A stretch of DNA of 63,985 nucleotides, filler included, from Octopus bimaculoides (taxonomy: Eukaryota), in NCBI RefSeq assembly GCF_001194135.2. It is 5 parts of 5 records of this genome, joined end to end, with 100 filler letters (N's around TTAATTAATTAA, not from the genome) between each part and the next. Parts side by side here need not be neighbours in the genome. Positions count along the whole stretch, not along the records: positions 1 to 30,299 come from NC_068989.1; 4 more parts are not named here. The stretch is one strand, 5' to 3'. Of the stretch, positions 13,119 to 27,466 are shown one piece after another (within the stretch, counting starts at the first letter, position 1; each line of letters starts with the position of its first letter). The notes under the pieces are model-generated. The model ran no database searches and had not been told where the DNA came from. It was given only the letters and a program-made list of their open reading frames with translations. The position numbers were made by a program, and so were the translations under genes.

Positions 13119-14781
13119 ATATATATATATATATATATATTTATAATATACATGATTACCCCGATATATGATGGTGCATATATTCAAAAAATATTTGTAT
13201 CTATTTATATGTTTCTGTTAACGAATATTTATGTATGTATGTGTAGTATGTGTGTGAACGTTTACGTGTATGCCACTTGATATTAATATTGTCTATTACC
13301 AATCTATAAATGAATATAAGTTATTTAGTGTTATGCCATACACAATCTAACGTCGTTACAATCTAGTTTGTCAATGTTTGATTAAATACATTTAGATTTA
13401 TATGAATATGAATTTGATAAAGTAACTTTCTGAAAAAAAAGGAGCTTTTTGAAGAAAAATGCATTTACTTTAGAAGTAATTTTGTAGTCGTGTAAGTAAG
13501 GTGCTTATCATTTTCCAAATTATTAGTCGAATAATAATAAGCAGACTTTTCGGGATTGAATATGCATCCTTGAGTGCAGAAGCTCCGCAAACACGTGCGC
13601 ATTGATCGGCATTGCAATCATTGCGCGAGTGTACACTATTTCACCGAAATGAACTTGAAAACACTATTATTTCTGTTTCATGAAAGCCCGACTATATACC
13701 GCAGAAACAAATTAGCCACAAAATATTTTCATTTCACTGTAATATCTCTGACAGATGGTTGAGGGAAGCATGATGAAAAAAATGTACCCATTCTTAAAGA
13801 GAAGAAAAAAATAATAAATATGCACCAGTAATATATTCCTAATCTAGAAGAGAGAAATAGAGAAGGGAAAGAAAAAGCGTTGAGTGAGAAAATTCGGCCT
13901 GTAAATAACGGAGCAGCTGAAATCTTTCGGAGGCTAATGAACGCCATTTCTTATGATCGTAGCGCGTGCCAAATGCCTTAAGAATGTCTGTATATGCATA
14001 TATTTGTCTGTGTGATTAATTCGTAACTGTGTGTTTGATGTGGTATTCCAGTCTATTGCGTTTAGTGCGGTGTATTGTGAGAAGTGTGTAAGTGGTAATG
14101 AGGTTTGTATAGTGCATTTCTATGTTCATAATATGGGTAGAAAGGTGCCTCGTTATAGTGAGGCCTTTCTTATGATGTGTGTATTTATGTTTATGTATAT
14201 ATGTATGTCATGTGTCCTGTATTTCAATTTGAGCTAAATCATTTTCAGGGTTATATAGTGCACTGTATGTTAAATAGTTCTGCTGTGGATAATGTTAACA
14301 TGTGGTGCACAGATGAGTAACGGTGCACCGCATAATAAAAGAGAAGTTTGAATAGCAATGAGGGAATTAGTGAGAGTTGTGTGTGGGGGGGGGGTACAAT
14401 GTGCTGCACATGCGCACTGCATGGTTGGGTGTAGAAATGTTTAAATACGTCTATGTATGTATGATTAACTTTATGTTTTATACATGAGTGAATGCTTTGA
14501 ACCACTAGACAGTATTGAAACATTTTACGGCCAAGTGAGTCTTGCTGGAATTTAATTAATTAGGAATATTTGAACAAGTTATTTTCCACACAACAATTTA
14601 TAAACCGTATATATTTTACTCGTTAAAATAAAAGAAAATATACTCTATTCCCTCTTTGTAGCTTTTACAATACTCAGACTTCTCTGTCTTACTCCCTACC
14701 CTGTTTACACAACTCGCTGTTTTTTTATTTCTCTCTCTCTCTCTCGTTTTGTCTCGCAAGGTATATATAGATATACACACA

Positions 14782-14813
<32 letters not shown>

Positions 14814-14860
14814 NNNNNNNNNNATATATATATATACACATACATACACACATATATATG

Positions 14861-14903
<43 letters not shown>

Positions 14904-16558
14904 CCTATATACATATATATATTTTTTCTATACGCACACACACACACACACGGACATATATATATATATATGTTTGTGTGTGTGTAGACACGCACACACA
15001 CATATCCACACACACACAAAAATACGTGCACATATATATATATATACAGGCGCACGCACACTCCCACACATACACTCAGGCATACACACACACACACACA
15101 CATATATATCTCTTTCACTAGCTCTCATTTTTCAATCATTTCTCATTTCTTTATCTACATCATCTCTTCACCGTTCTTTTATTACATTATCGACCACTCA
15201 CCATTCTCCATACTGTTTACCCAGCACAACATCTACCATTATTATTATTATTACTATTATTATTATTATTATTATTATTATAATTATTATTATTATCTTT
15301 CAGCTTATTTACTTATCTTACCCTCTCACTTCATTCACCTTGTTTAATGTTTACTTTCTAGTCAATATTCCGTAATTATCTTTATCACTGCCCATATCTG
15401 TCATCTCGCCTCACATTAGTTTCACACAAAACGGTTAACTTCGTTCTTTGAAGTTTTGTACTCAATACATTATAATCGTCTGTATAATCGTCTGAATGAA
15501 TGTCAGCCAATGCAACTGACACAGTTTATATTTTAATGGTGTGCCCCATATTTTACACCCAATATAATACTAATTTATTCAAATTATATTCTTAATTAAC
15601 AATGATATAGCTAACATGTGGTCGAAATCAAAAGCTGCCTTACGTATGGAATTAATGCCACATGTAACCAAACGCAGTGAAATGGCTTGTCCAGTACAAA
15701 AATATTCAGACGTTGTTATGTTAATACGACCTAGATTCCTTCATTTGATCGACGCACATTAACATTAGTTATTTTGGTATATTAAGTTTTAAACACATGT
15801 AATACGATATACACTTATGAGATACTAATATCAATTAAAAGTATATCAGTCATATCTCTCTCTAACTGCATCCGATTATTTGTAAAAATGAGGAAATTAT
15901 TGATGAAATCGTCCATATATTGTGTGTAAATAAAAAGATGTGATATACACGGCTGGAATAACAGCGTTCATGAAACTACACGCTCTAGTCTGTCTTTGAG
16001 TAAGCATTTAAATCAATTCCAGCTCAATTCCAGTTTCTTTTCTTAATACGGACTTCCGATCTTCTGGTAGCAACAGCCAAAATCTCATTCAAATCGCAGG
16101 CTACCCACTTAAAGGAAAAGGCATATGGTATAAGATCGGTTGAGAAATTGTTAACATACGGTATGACAACGGATGAAATGATTTTGTTTGTAGGTCTACT
16201 GGTCTTGGGTTAACAATCTAAACCATTAGCACTACCAAGATGACGAATTGTATGAATGTTATTTCACGTAATATGTGTGTATGTGTGTATGTGTGTATGT
16301 GCGTTTGCGTATGAGTATATATATTATTGGGAGTTACGAAAAAATAGATATACCAATATACATAGTATGCATTTATTAATACTTAATGTATATCTGGAAA
16401 ACATTTCTTCCAATGAGATATATAATCATTTATGAAGTACCTAAACGGTTATCTCTTAAAAATTTCGTATAAGCAAACTAAAATCTATATTTCCTCTCAC
16501 AAACACGCCACACACTGAGAATTACATGCTCTCTCTCCTTCTGTGTCTCTTCCTCTCT

Positions 16559-16599
<41 letters not shown>

Positions 16600-17304
16600 G
16601 TACATGTAGTCTATATATGTGTCTCCGAATGCGATCAACGTGTCAATCAAATGATTCTTATTTTAAAGCAACGATACTTCTTAAAATGGATTTTATCACT
16701 AAATTTTCAGGAAGCCCGGATATTGATATGTTTCAAGTGTTTTGCATTGATAATATAATGGTAGCATGAATAACAGAAAACTTTCCAATATTAGATGATG
16801 CTATTGTTTACTTGATGTTGAGTTTCTGAAAACCTCTTAAGTAAAGCACACTCTCATATGAAACGAGAAGTATTCATAATGGTAGCAAAACTAAGACAAG
16901 TGAAGCCTACATTCAACATGGTTGATTTAATGTAAGAGCAAACGAAATTTCATTTATGCACGTATCATCTCCAAGAAAATCTGTTGAGTTACACGAATAA
17001 TGCATGTAGATTTTATCCGATCTTATAGCGTTGAATGTATGTGTGCCTGTATGCTCACACAGTGAAGTATATATGCGCCACTGTGTATAAGCGAATTCTG
17101 TATATACTTCATAGATAATGTATATAAGATTATAGTGATGATTATAATGACAGTAATAGCCGCCAAAATGAAGATGCACTAAACTAACAGATGGGACAAG
17201 AAGCATATGTATATATATATAAATATATATATATGTAATACATACGAACAGAAACACATATATGCATTCATGCACTATATGTGTGTATATGTATATATAT
17301 TTAA

Positions 17305-17345
<41 letters not shown>

Positions 17346-17959
17346 AAATACAAATATGCAACTATATATTATATATATATACACATATAATTATATATAC
17401 GTTATATATGTGTGTGTGTACAAATATGCATATCTATGTATGAGCATATGTGTGTGAAAAACGTGTGTATGTAGATGTATGTGTGCGAGGTTGTATTTCT
17501 CTATTTGTGCACTCATAATTTCTTTATATATTTTTTCTCCTCTCTACCATTTTCTAAGTGTTCAGAAGTATGCTAGTTATGAATTATAAGATTGTCAACG
17601 ATCAGGCTTTTAGTCGAAGTAACTTAAAGCGCATATGTAGTTCAGTGATGAATAATTATATCCAGGAAGAAAGAAGAAAAATTATCAAAGATATACATTT
17701 TTGTAATTTGTTTAAAGTTTGAATGTTAATACACATACGCACAGACTCACATACAGCCACGCACATACTCGTGCAACAATTTGCAGAATATAGGCTTTCT
17801 CTAACATAGTAGTTGAAAAAATTTCATGGTGATGATAATCATATTTACTGTATCTGTATGTGATAATGGTGGCAAGAACAAAAATTGGAAACGTAATTTT
17901 TTTTTTGTCGTTGGTTTACATTACTACGCAAAGAAAGAGAATTATATCGAGTGAGAAGA

Positions 17960-18289
17960 ATATGGACACGATACTAAAGATGGAGGTCGTAGTGGTATTC
18001 GTGATGGTTTTGGTGGTGATGGTGGAGACGACGACAATGATGAGGATGATGATGATCATTATCATGATCATCATCACTATCATCATCATCATCATCGTCG
18101 TCGTCGTCGTCGTCGTCTCCATCGTCGTCGTCTCCATCGTCGTCGTCTCCATCGTCGTCATTGACGTCATCACCCTGACGAGAGCGATGAGTATGATGAT
18201 GATGATGATGATGCCGATGACGCCGACGTCGATGACGACGACATCGATTACGGCGATGATGATGGTGGTGATGATGATGATGATGATGA
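17960..18289. repeat. Compound triplet microsatellite (GAT/GTG/CAT/GTC)
   Basis: Direct reading. It explains the poly-M/I/V/T ORFs. Confidence 0.9.
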
Positions 18290-19183
18290 NNNNNNNNNNN
18301 NNNNNNNNNNNNNNNNNNNNNNNNNNNNNNNNNNNNNNNNNNNNNNNNNNNNNNNNNNNNNNNNNNGGGAGGGGAGGAGGGGAGGAGGGTAGGAGGAGGG
18401 AAGACGCAAACTTTTTGAAATGGAATTATATATGAGAGACAAAAGAAAGAGATGCAGCAAAAGTCTTCGAAAATACTGAGCTTAAAGGTATAGCATGAAT
18501 ATTTTGATAATATTAAGAAAGAAACAGTTGGGGAAAAAGAAAAAGCGAAAGGAAAAATTCATAGTGAATGAGGGAGAAAAAATCAAATAATGAGTAGGAA
18601 GCGAAAACATATAAGAGGAAATAAAAATACGATGATGAAAAAGCAGAAATTGAGGCCTTATTAGTATAAATCAACAATTTAAAGTTAAACGACTACGTAT
18701 TTCATCGATACCTACTTTAAGGTACCTTAAGAGATATACGTAGGAAACTAAATGTGAAGGACTATATTGCAATATATCTTTTTAAGAGGAATTAAGATCT
18801 AAAATATATGTGCAATTATATTTAATGTTTCAGAAGATTGCCTTTTATTTCAGAGAATAGTGTACACGGAAAGGAATGTATGTTAATTACTATATCACAT
18901 ATGAAATGATTGGTGTTATATTTATGTAAGACTATATGAAATATATGTATCAGATCAATTTAGCCAACGATTTGTTGGCCGACAAAACAAATACAAATAG
19001 AAGTAAAGCAGAAAAGAATGATGCGTTGTGAATTAAAGTGCGAGTTGTAATGGAGTTCCCAAATTAAGAAAATTATTCTTCTTTCTTTCTTTATATCCTG
19101 TACAATATGATTTCAAATCTCGCATAGATTTATGATAATTCAAGGACGAAGAAAATATGTACCAGTTAAAGCTGTGATACGAT

Positions 19184-20232
19184 TTACACTCCACTCTTCT
19201 GATCCTGAGGCGTGTATTCGTAAACTGCACGAGGTATAAGGGAACCAATGAGGTGACAGATTCGCCCTTGTACTTTCAGCATCGGCATAAATCCAGGTTC
19301 AACTATCTGCTTAGAGCACCAAACAATGTCATTTGAAATGCTGAGTTGTATTGTCTTATATTGTTTAGAAAATGCTTTGACTGGATGGAAGTGCCTTGCA
19401 GAAGATCCATAAGAGGTTGAGTGGGAGCGAGTAGTGCTCACAGTCTTACCTTACCGCCTGAGCAGCAGATGCCATTAGTTTAATTTCGAAATTTTAAAGC
19501 TTTGAAGAAATGACAATTTGAGTTTAGCACACCAGTTCGGAAAGAATTATAATTTTTATAAGAATGGATGTATCATATCTGAAAGCAGCTCCAGGAGTTT
19601 TGAAGAAGGAATTTGAAAGTGTCCAGTTTCTGAGAGCTATTCTATTGGACATCTGTCTAATCATGAAACGTTGTTTTAATGATTCGGAATTAACTACTAC
19701 AGCATGCCTTTGATGAACTTGGGAAACTCTCACCTCCTTTCTGTATTGAGACCCCATCTGACGTGTTGCAGCATGTCTTTGCTGATCTTGAGAACGTCTC
19801 ATCTCGCTTCAATCTTGAAACTCTATTTGATGTGCTGCAGCATACCTTTGCTTATATTGGTCAAATCTCATTTCACTTCTGTCTTGAAACATCCATCTGA
19901 CGTGCTGCAGCATGCTTTGCTGATATTGAGAAAGTCTTATCTCTCTTCTCTGTTCAGACTCTCGCCTTCGGCTTTTCACAATCCTTGCTTTATACTTGTT
20001 TCTGGAAAGAACACGTATTTTTCTTTGGTGGCGTACTTTTTTCAATACAGTAAAAAAAATAAAGAAAGAAAAAATACATTATCGCTATTTTTCAAAGTAG
20101 CTTGTCTTTGTTTCTATATTTTTTATGCAGTGTAAATTAACCAGATATACTCAAATTGACCAAATAGCAGCACATGTACAAACTGCTAATTTAACAGTAA
20201 TTGCCACAATAATTATTATAGATAAATTTGTT

Positions 20233-20265
<33 letters not shown>

Positions 20266-20837
20266 AGCACGTGTATAAAATGTTAATTTAAGAGTTAACT
20301 TGTAACTGTAAATAAATTGCAAACTTGCAACTCCTGCGCTAATTATTAACTTGTAATTGAACGTTAAATGTGTATTTTGATATACCTTTGATCTGCTACC
20401 TCATTCTATTTTGTCAAGAGTTTCAACTGCAGCCGTTCGTTATGTCACCCAACACGCATATACTGACACAGAATTCCGCTGTCATTGCCATAAAGACGGT
20501 AAGCTGCCGATGCGTAATGTTGTTCACATTAACATATAAATTATGCATTTATTTCAAATATGATAGAAATAAGATGATCTTAGTTTTATCACATTAGAAT
20601 TAAAAGTGAAACAATAAAAGTGAAACAATATCTTTTGACACTTAATACCGGACCAGTTTAAAAGATTTTTCCGGGCTCGCTTTAAGCAAGAAGTTGCAAT
20701 TATTTATTGGCCTATGACACTCCACGGCCCCTAAGTAATGCATGTGTAAAACTTGAATGAAATCGGTTGGGTGCTTCTTGAGTTTGAGGGATTCCCGCAG
20801 ACAGACAGACACACATTCTCAGTTTTATATATATAGA
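19184..20837 (-). mobile_element. Truncated Helitron: 5' terminus plus disrupted N-terminal part of RepHel
   Basis: Minus strand begins A|TCTATATATATAAAAC at 20837. Downstream peptides are about 23-aa repeats (SQDQQRHAATRQM), AAFRYD, NGICCSGGKVRL and EPGFMPMLKVQGRICHLIGSLIP, matching Helitron motifs CCxxGKV and PGFMPTFKxQGQVYHxIGSLLP. Confidence 0.85.
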
Positions 20838-22269
20838 TATATATTAACTTCAAAAAAGAAATCTGGAAATTCATCTACTTCTTAACAAGGGACTGCTAAA
20901 TAATGGGTTCAAATGTGCTTTGAAAATTCACCAAATCTGCATCGTCGGAATTTTAATTTTATTTTATTGGTTTACAGTTGTCCGCCTACTAGAGTTTGTT
21001 CATGCAGGGACAGCGCATGAAATACATTTACGCCCGTTATATTTGCATCGTTTTTGCATTATCATTCTTATAACACAAGAGAAGAAAAAACGAACAAAAA
21101 TAATAGAATGGAACGTAGTGGAAACTTGTTAGAAGAAATGGCTCTGATCCAAATAAATAGCCCTATTCTTATGTTATTCTCGCCATGGTGATATACACAT
21201 ATACATAGAAAAGAAAAACAACAACAACAAAAAAGGCGTATGGTGGTCAATTTTGTCGGAAGATATTTTGATAAGTTGTTCTGATAACTTCGTCTGGGTT
21301 AATAATAAATGAATTTGTCTGTTTTTATTCATTTATTCATGAATCACACTTGCAGTTCTGTAGAAACTAATATCGGTTCATCTGTTGAGTAACAGTACGT
21401 AAATAAACTCAATGATAAGGTAATTTAGTAAGTGGCCTTCCGTTCCTCTCGGTGGCAATCTGGGAAGAATAGTAAATTGAATCCAACACACACACACATA
21501 CACACACACTCACACAAACACACGCACACACACACGCACACAAACACACACACACAAACAAACACATACACATACGCGCACATTCTCAGAAACACACATA
21601 CACACACGAACACACACACATATCGTGTGAAGGGTGACTTACCAATAAATGCGCCTGCTTGCACCCTTCATCCTCTGATTGTCCAATGTCTTTTGAGGGT
21701 AGAATTTTATAAATAGTTTAAATTGGTATGAATGAGTCACTATAGTTGTATATTCATAATGCTTGCTGTAATAATACACGAGTTAACATTTATCGGGTCA
21801 CCGTCTGTTTCGCGTTTAAAATAGGCTTCTGCTGTGTTCATCTCAAGCTTGTGAGATGAGTACAGCGGAGTAAATTCTGATAAACTGTAAAACAGCAACA
21901 CACACACACACATAAACACGAACATAGACACACATGCACATACAGAAAGAGAGCGTGAGAGAGAAAGAGGCGAAGATATAGATAAATATACGTAGATACG
22001 TAAATTTCGACTTACATCACATAAATATCCATACGTACACACACATTCACACACTCACATACGCACACACACACTAACAAATACACACGCACACACACGC
22101 ACACGCACACGCACACACACACACACATACTGGATTGCTGGATGGTCAAACCTTTTATTTTGAAAATTAATTTTACTAAATCTGTCAATAATATTTTGTC
22201 CTTCATTGCTCATGACTTTTTGCTTTCATGATAACTACCCAGTAGTTATTCACTGTTTTAACGCAAGAA

Positions 22270-22900
22270 ATCTCCGGTTGTTGGCTCACGGTTTCAGCTC
22301 CGCGTAGTTGGGGAATGGAATGCCAAAACACTATCGGTGAACGAGCGAAAAGTGTCATAATCTGAAGGTGATATATCTCTGGAGAATGCGGTGTGTGTGA
22401 TAGGACTTCCTAATAGCGCTCTTCAATAATATCTTTGGTTACATTAATAATATGAAGCAAGCGTTGTCGGTTTGAAGAAGGTCGTCACGTCACCGGTTGG
22501 GCATTTCCAGGTGGATTGCCTCGTGAATTGGTGTATTTACTGAATGAAAAGGTCTACTTTTACTGCGTGGTTGTTTTCAAGGATCTCGTCGTTGGTTAAC
22601 CTCACCTACACCCACGAAATGCAAATTTACCCCTTGGCTCAAGGTATTTCTTGGTTGTCTGTCATTCCGTTCTCTGTTTCAAATTCACATAGAATGTGAA
22701 GATTATGCAGGAGAGAAGTTTGTTTGCGTTTAGGAGCAATCCGGTGTCTTGCGAGCAAACAGGATCGTTGGAGTGTTGCATGTGGCACTCATATACCGAG
22801 ATTTTGGACCTTATTGATCGAAGGAAGGTGACGTGCGACGGTATAAAGAGATCGTCTCATCTACTACGCTAATTCCCTATTGTACTTGCGCAGATCCTTG
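22270..22900 (-). mobile_element. Old mariner transposase remnant (catalytic half)
   Basis: Frameshifted minus-strand peptides EILENNHAV, DLLQTDNACF and EVLSHTPHSP..SPSDYDTFRS parallel ELLxxxxTI, LLHDNARPH and EVLPHPPYSPDLAPSDYHLFRSL. Confidence 0.72.
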
Positions 22901-25339
22901 TGAAATCATTTCATTGGCCTTATTAAATTGAACAGCTTGGCTACAACACAGAAAGTCTGTGAGATCAGATTTCCCCTCCTTTACATGGGAAAATCATTGC
23001 TGGGCATCATTTTCTGTAATAGTGAATTCACTGCAAACAGTATAATGTCTCCAGGGACTTCAGAATCTTTAGCCTTGAATAAAATGGAACAGCAGCAGGT
23101 GCTAGAAAGGCTCAGTTTAATCTATTAGATAATACATCATCATATGTCAAGAAAGAAGTAAAATTTATTTAGATTAGAAAACAAAACGAAAAACCAAATG
23201 TTCCAGAGGAAGTAGAATGCACATGAAAAATCAAGAACAACGAGTGCATTTATCTTACGACTCAATGCATTTAATTGCAATGGGCTTCCGCAATTAATCT
23301 TCCCAGAGATATTTCAATGAGAACGTATCTTTAAACTTCATACAGTGCAAGATAACTGATGTCGAATGACCCATGCCTAGTTTCGAAATCGGAGTCATGT
23401 ACAGTTGCAGTCAACTTTCTTTTACCACACGGCTAACGTGCTATAGAAACAGACGCAATCGCACAAGCACGCAGATACACAAACAGAATCACACACGGAC
23501 ACACACACATATATGAATGTGTGTGTATGTAAGTATTATGTATGTACTTATGTATGTATGTATGTATATATATTTGTATATATATATATATANNNNNNNN
23601 NNNNNNNNNNNNNNNNNNNNNNNNNNNNNNNNNNNNNNNNNNNNNNNNNNNNNNNNNNNNNNNNNNNNNNNNNNNNNNNNNNNNNNNNNNNNNNNNNNNN
23701 NNNNNNNNNNNNNNNNNNNNNNNNNNNNNNNNNNNNNNNNNNNNNNNNNNNNNNNNTATATATATATATATATGGTTATATATACACACATGCATATAGA
23801 CAGACATATCTTATGTGTAGTTCTCCAGTAAATAGATACACTCTAGGTATCAAAGTGGATTGATATAGCCAATATATATTTATTGGATAACGAATGAATA
23901 TAATCAAAGTATGACTATATGGCTACACTATAAAACTGTTAGAAGGATGTACATCAATCTGTAAGGTTTCACTGAATAGATACAAACTATAGATATTGTT
24001 TGGTTCGCGCATAACCTATTGATGCTGTTTGGGCTGATGTAACCTTTATAATTTGATTGCATAATTGCAGTATTTACATTTTATCTGAAAAGCAAGAACG
24101 TGTATTATCAAACACTGTAGTGGTTTTCTTTTTAACTCTAAAGGTTCTTATTGATATTGAATGAATTCATATCGAATAGATTTTTGCTGAATAGACATTG
24201 AGTAGATATTACACTATAGAATCAAACTGTAAATATGAAGTGATATGTATATATGTGTGTATGTATGTTGTATGAATGTATGATTGTGCGGTGCGTATCT
24301 GTGTATGTATGTATGTAGGTATGTATGGATGGATGTATAACTTACGAATATTCATTGATTTTATATATAAGTTGAATATTTTGGCTCCTACATAAAGACG
24401 TTCGGCAGCAATTTAAAATTAATTATGTAGTATTTTGTTTCATCCTGTACGTTTTGAGTTCAAATTTCGCCGTTGATGACATTGTGATTCATTCAGCCGT
24501 GGTTAATAAAATTAGATATTTGCTGGATTCGTTTCAATGTACTACATCCGTTTCATGAAATGTTTAACCTTCTACTCGTGAAGGAAATCAATATTAGTTG
24601 AATATATGAAACTAAAATAAACTCTAAAGATATCAGGTATTCATTCCAACTATATCAAATCCGGCAAAATAAGAAGTTATGAGCCAACTAGACATATTAT
24701 ATGGTGAGCTTTTCCTTCGATATGTCTCAAATTCTCTCTACGCAGTCATTAGCCAAACAAAACTTTGACTCTACGACGCAGCCTCTGTGGGGCGAGTCAA
24801 TCTTCAAGATATAATTGAAAAGGCTCACCTCAATTAAACTGTGTATCTGCATTAGTTAAATCAGTGGTCACCAAATCACATTTTGCATCATGGTTGTAGG
24901 TTATATATCGTGATATTAAGAAAAGTACTCGTAAAAGGTGTAAAACAGAAAATACGGGTTAGACTTAGAGAAGGAAAATTTTCAGATCAATTTTGAATTA
25001 TAATTGAAAATACTTAATTTTCTTTTGTTTTAATGATTTATATAGAGAGGGTAAATTATATTAGAAACGAACATTTTTATCTTATATATAATGACTAATC
25101 AGAAAAGGCGCCAGAATAAGAAAAATATTTTTGTATCACTCATCAAGTGAATATCTATAAACGTAGTTTTGAATTATGAGAGAAAATTTTCTGATCAAGC
25201 AGAATTATAATACAATAACATGTATCTAATCAATCCTAGCATCGGTGTAAATTGATTTTTTTAGTTGTAAATCGGTTCTGAAATATAGTAGAAAAATAGT
25301 AGAAAGTTTAAAGACAGGAACTAGATGGTTAAATTTGGC

Positions 25340-25680
25340 TGTAACATGAGAGTTAAGTTGGCAGTTCTATATATAATAGTTTTACGAATTGGTACCGGCA
25401 TGGAAAAATACTCTCAATAAAGAGTTTTGATTGATGAAGAATTTGCAAACTAATGGACACATATTTAGCTGTTGTGTCGACGTCCCCAGGCGAGGAAGTA
25501 GGATCTCCCAAGACATATAAATAGAGGTAGTCTGGCCGTGGTAGGAGTGTCGAGTAGCAGTCAAGTAGCAGTTGTGTAGCGGTTGAGTAGAGACCATCCG
25601 AAGGTGCTAGATAGCAGTAGCGTTGGGACATAATATTAGCCCTTTTAGTGTTGGCACAGTCAAACACCTAGAACGTAACA
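25340..25680. mobile_element. Possible solo LTR (341 bp)
   Basis: Termini TGTAAC...GTAACA, flanks tggc/tgga (4-bp TSD with one mismatch), internal TATAAATAG, and higher GC than its surroundings. Confidence 0.4.
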
Positions 25681-26920
25681 TGGAAAAGGCAAGGCTGGTA
25701 TTTCATCGTCTTGAATGGATAAGAAGCAAAGGTGACTCCGATGGCATATGAAAGCTAAACTTATTGTAATCAATTACTCCGACGCTGACTTGGAAGTGTT
25801 TATAGATTAGAGGACTCAATGATTTGTCCATAATGATGCATGGATTGTGAGCAAAATGCCATTGTGATCAATTGTGACTGTGATCCGTTAGTCAATAAAT
25901 AAAGTACTATTCTAGAGCGGAGCAAATCTCTGGTTTACGAATATTCTCTTCTCTCTCCACTTTTCTATAAGGCACTGAAAAGGGCCATGCTGCGGTAACT
26001 GCTCTTCCCCGTGAGTAAGCAACAATACAATGCACATGAACTAAATTGTAACTAAAACGTTGAAGAAACAAAAGCAACTTATGTGTGATGTAGAATGAGA
26101 TGTACGAGTATATAACCGCTCAGGTGCATATATATAGCAGCTCAAAGCTGACCTTCTTCCCGAAAAATCTTCTTCTACTGCAGTATAAATAATTAGCATA
26201 TTTTATAAATTTTATTAGCTGTACTTTTGTTGTCCCCCAACTCCTCGCCGATTGCCGACCACCAATGATTTTATCGGATTCTCTGTTTTATTTATTCAAA
26301 AAACTACTTAGTTTTATTTCGGAAGCCAAGAACCGATTTGCATTTCCCATGTTGATACTCTGCAAACTATATTGTTCAGAGTCACATGGTTGAGTTGTAT
26401 GCTTCTATAGTACATTGTTTGTGAACTAGTAGAAATAGTTGTTATATCTGTATAAAGTATTTGACACACTAACCAAACGAGGTCAAGCAAAAATAATTGT
26501 CGATTTCAATTTTTCAAATCAAATAACCATAAATGAAATTATCAAAGTGGAAATATTATTTTTTCTTCTTCTTTCAATTTGGTTTAGTTTTTCATAAAAT
26601 TTCTGACTTAAGGTAATGAAAATTAATGAAAGAAGACAAAAAAAAAAGAGACATATAATTTTAAGTAATGCATAATAAGAGGAGTTTTAGGAAAACGACT
26701 AAAATAAAGAATGATAAAGTAGTGAAAATATTGTACAACACAAGTCAAAAGAAATAACCAATGAAAATAATGGACAATATAACTTTAGCAATAAATATGA
26801 TATTTAATAATGGTGATAAACGATAGGAATAACAATGTATTAGTAATAAATAACTCAGGTTTATAACTGTTACTGCACATATACTTGCGTCTGTTTATAT
26901 ATTCACACATATACATACAT

Positions 26921-26957
<37 letters not shown>

Positions 26958-27433
26958 GCCCAACGGCTTTTAATGTTGTTTTCACTGTCTTGGTTTGTGT
27001 TTGCTACCTTGGAACCCTCTGTATAGCAGGTTAATCCACTAAGCAGGAAGAGCTATTCTAAAAGCACGTTCTGCCTCATCTTCGAAACGCCTAGTTTAAA
27101 ATAGAGGCAGCTGATGAAGGAAAAGTTCCATAAGTGTGTCTCAAAAAAAGTCCGTTTTTTTGTGCTTTATCTATGTTCCCGTTCCTTTTTTGACGTCCTG
27201 TACCCGGATATGCATCTATATATACATGTAGATGTAATTATGTACATATATGTATGTATACATGCATATGCTGATATATCATTTGTATTATATATAGAAA
27301 TGTTTAAGTAACTAAGGGATAATTAAATCGGAAGGCGCACCTGGAGATTACCTGTGTGGGTACCGCCTTTGTTAGAAGGTATCCAGAGGTAGGTAATTTA
27401 TCGTGTAAACCGTATTTTATAAGTATAATCATA

Positions 27434-27466
<33 letters not shown>

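Noticed and set aside
16913-17200. Minus-strand ORF (…TDFLGDDTCINEISFAL…) as a host exon
   Set aside because: No recognisable domain, the start lies in a microsatellite, and there are no convincing splice sites.
21672-21700. miR-219-like sequence (tgattgtccaa)
   Set aside because: Only the first 11 nt match the mature sequence as I recall it, and there is no precursor hairpin.
27071-27130. Hammerhead ribozyme: GAAAC...GTTT and CTGATGA cores plus a ctgcctc/gaggcag stem
   Set aside because: The topology fails. The strand after the putative cleavage site (taaaata) cannot pair with the strand before CUGAUGA, so stem I does not form. It may be a decayed Penelope-type terminal repeat.
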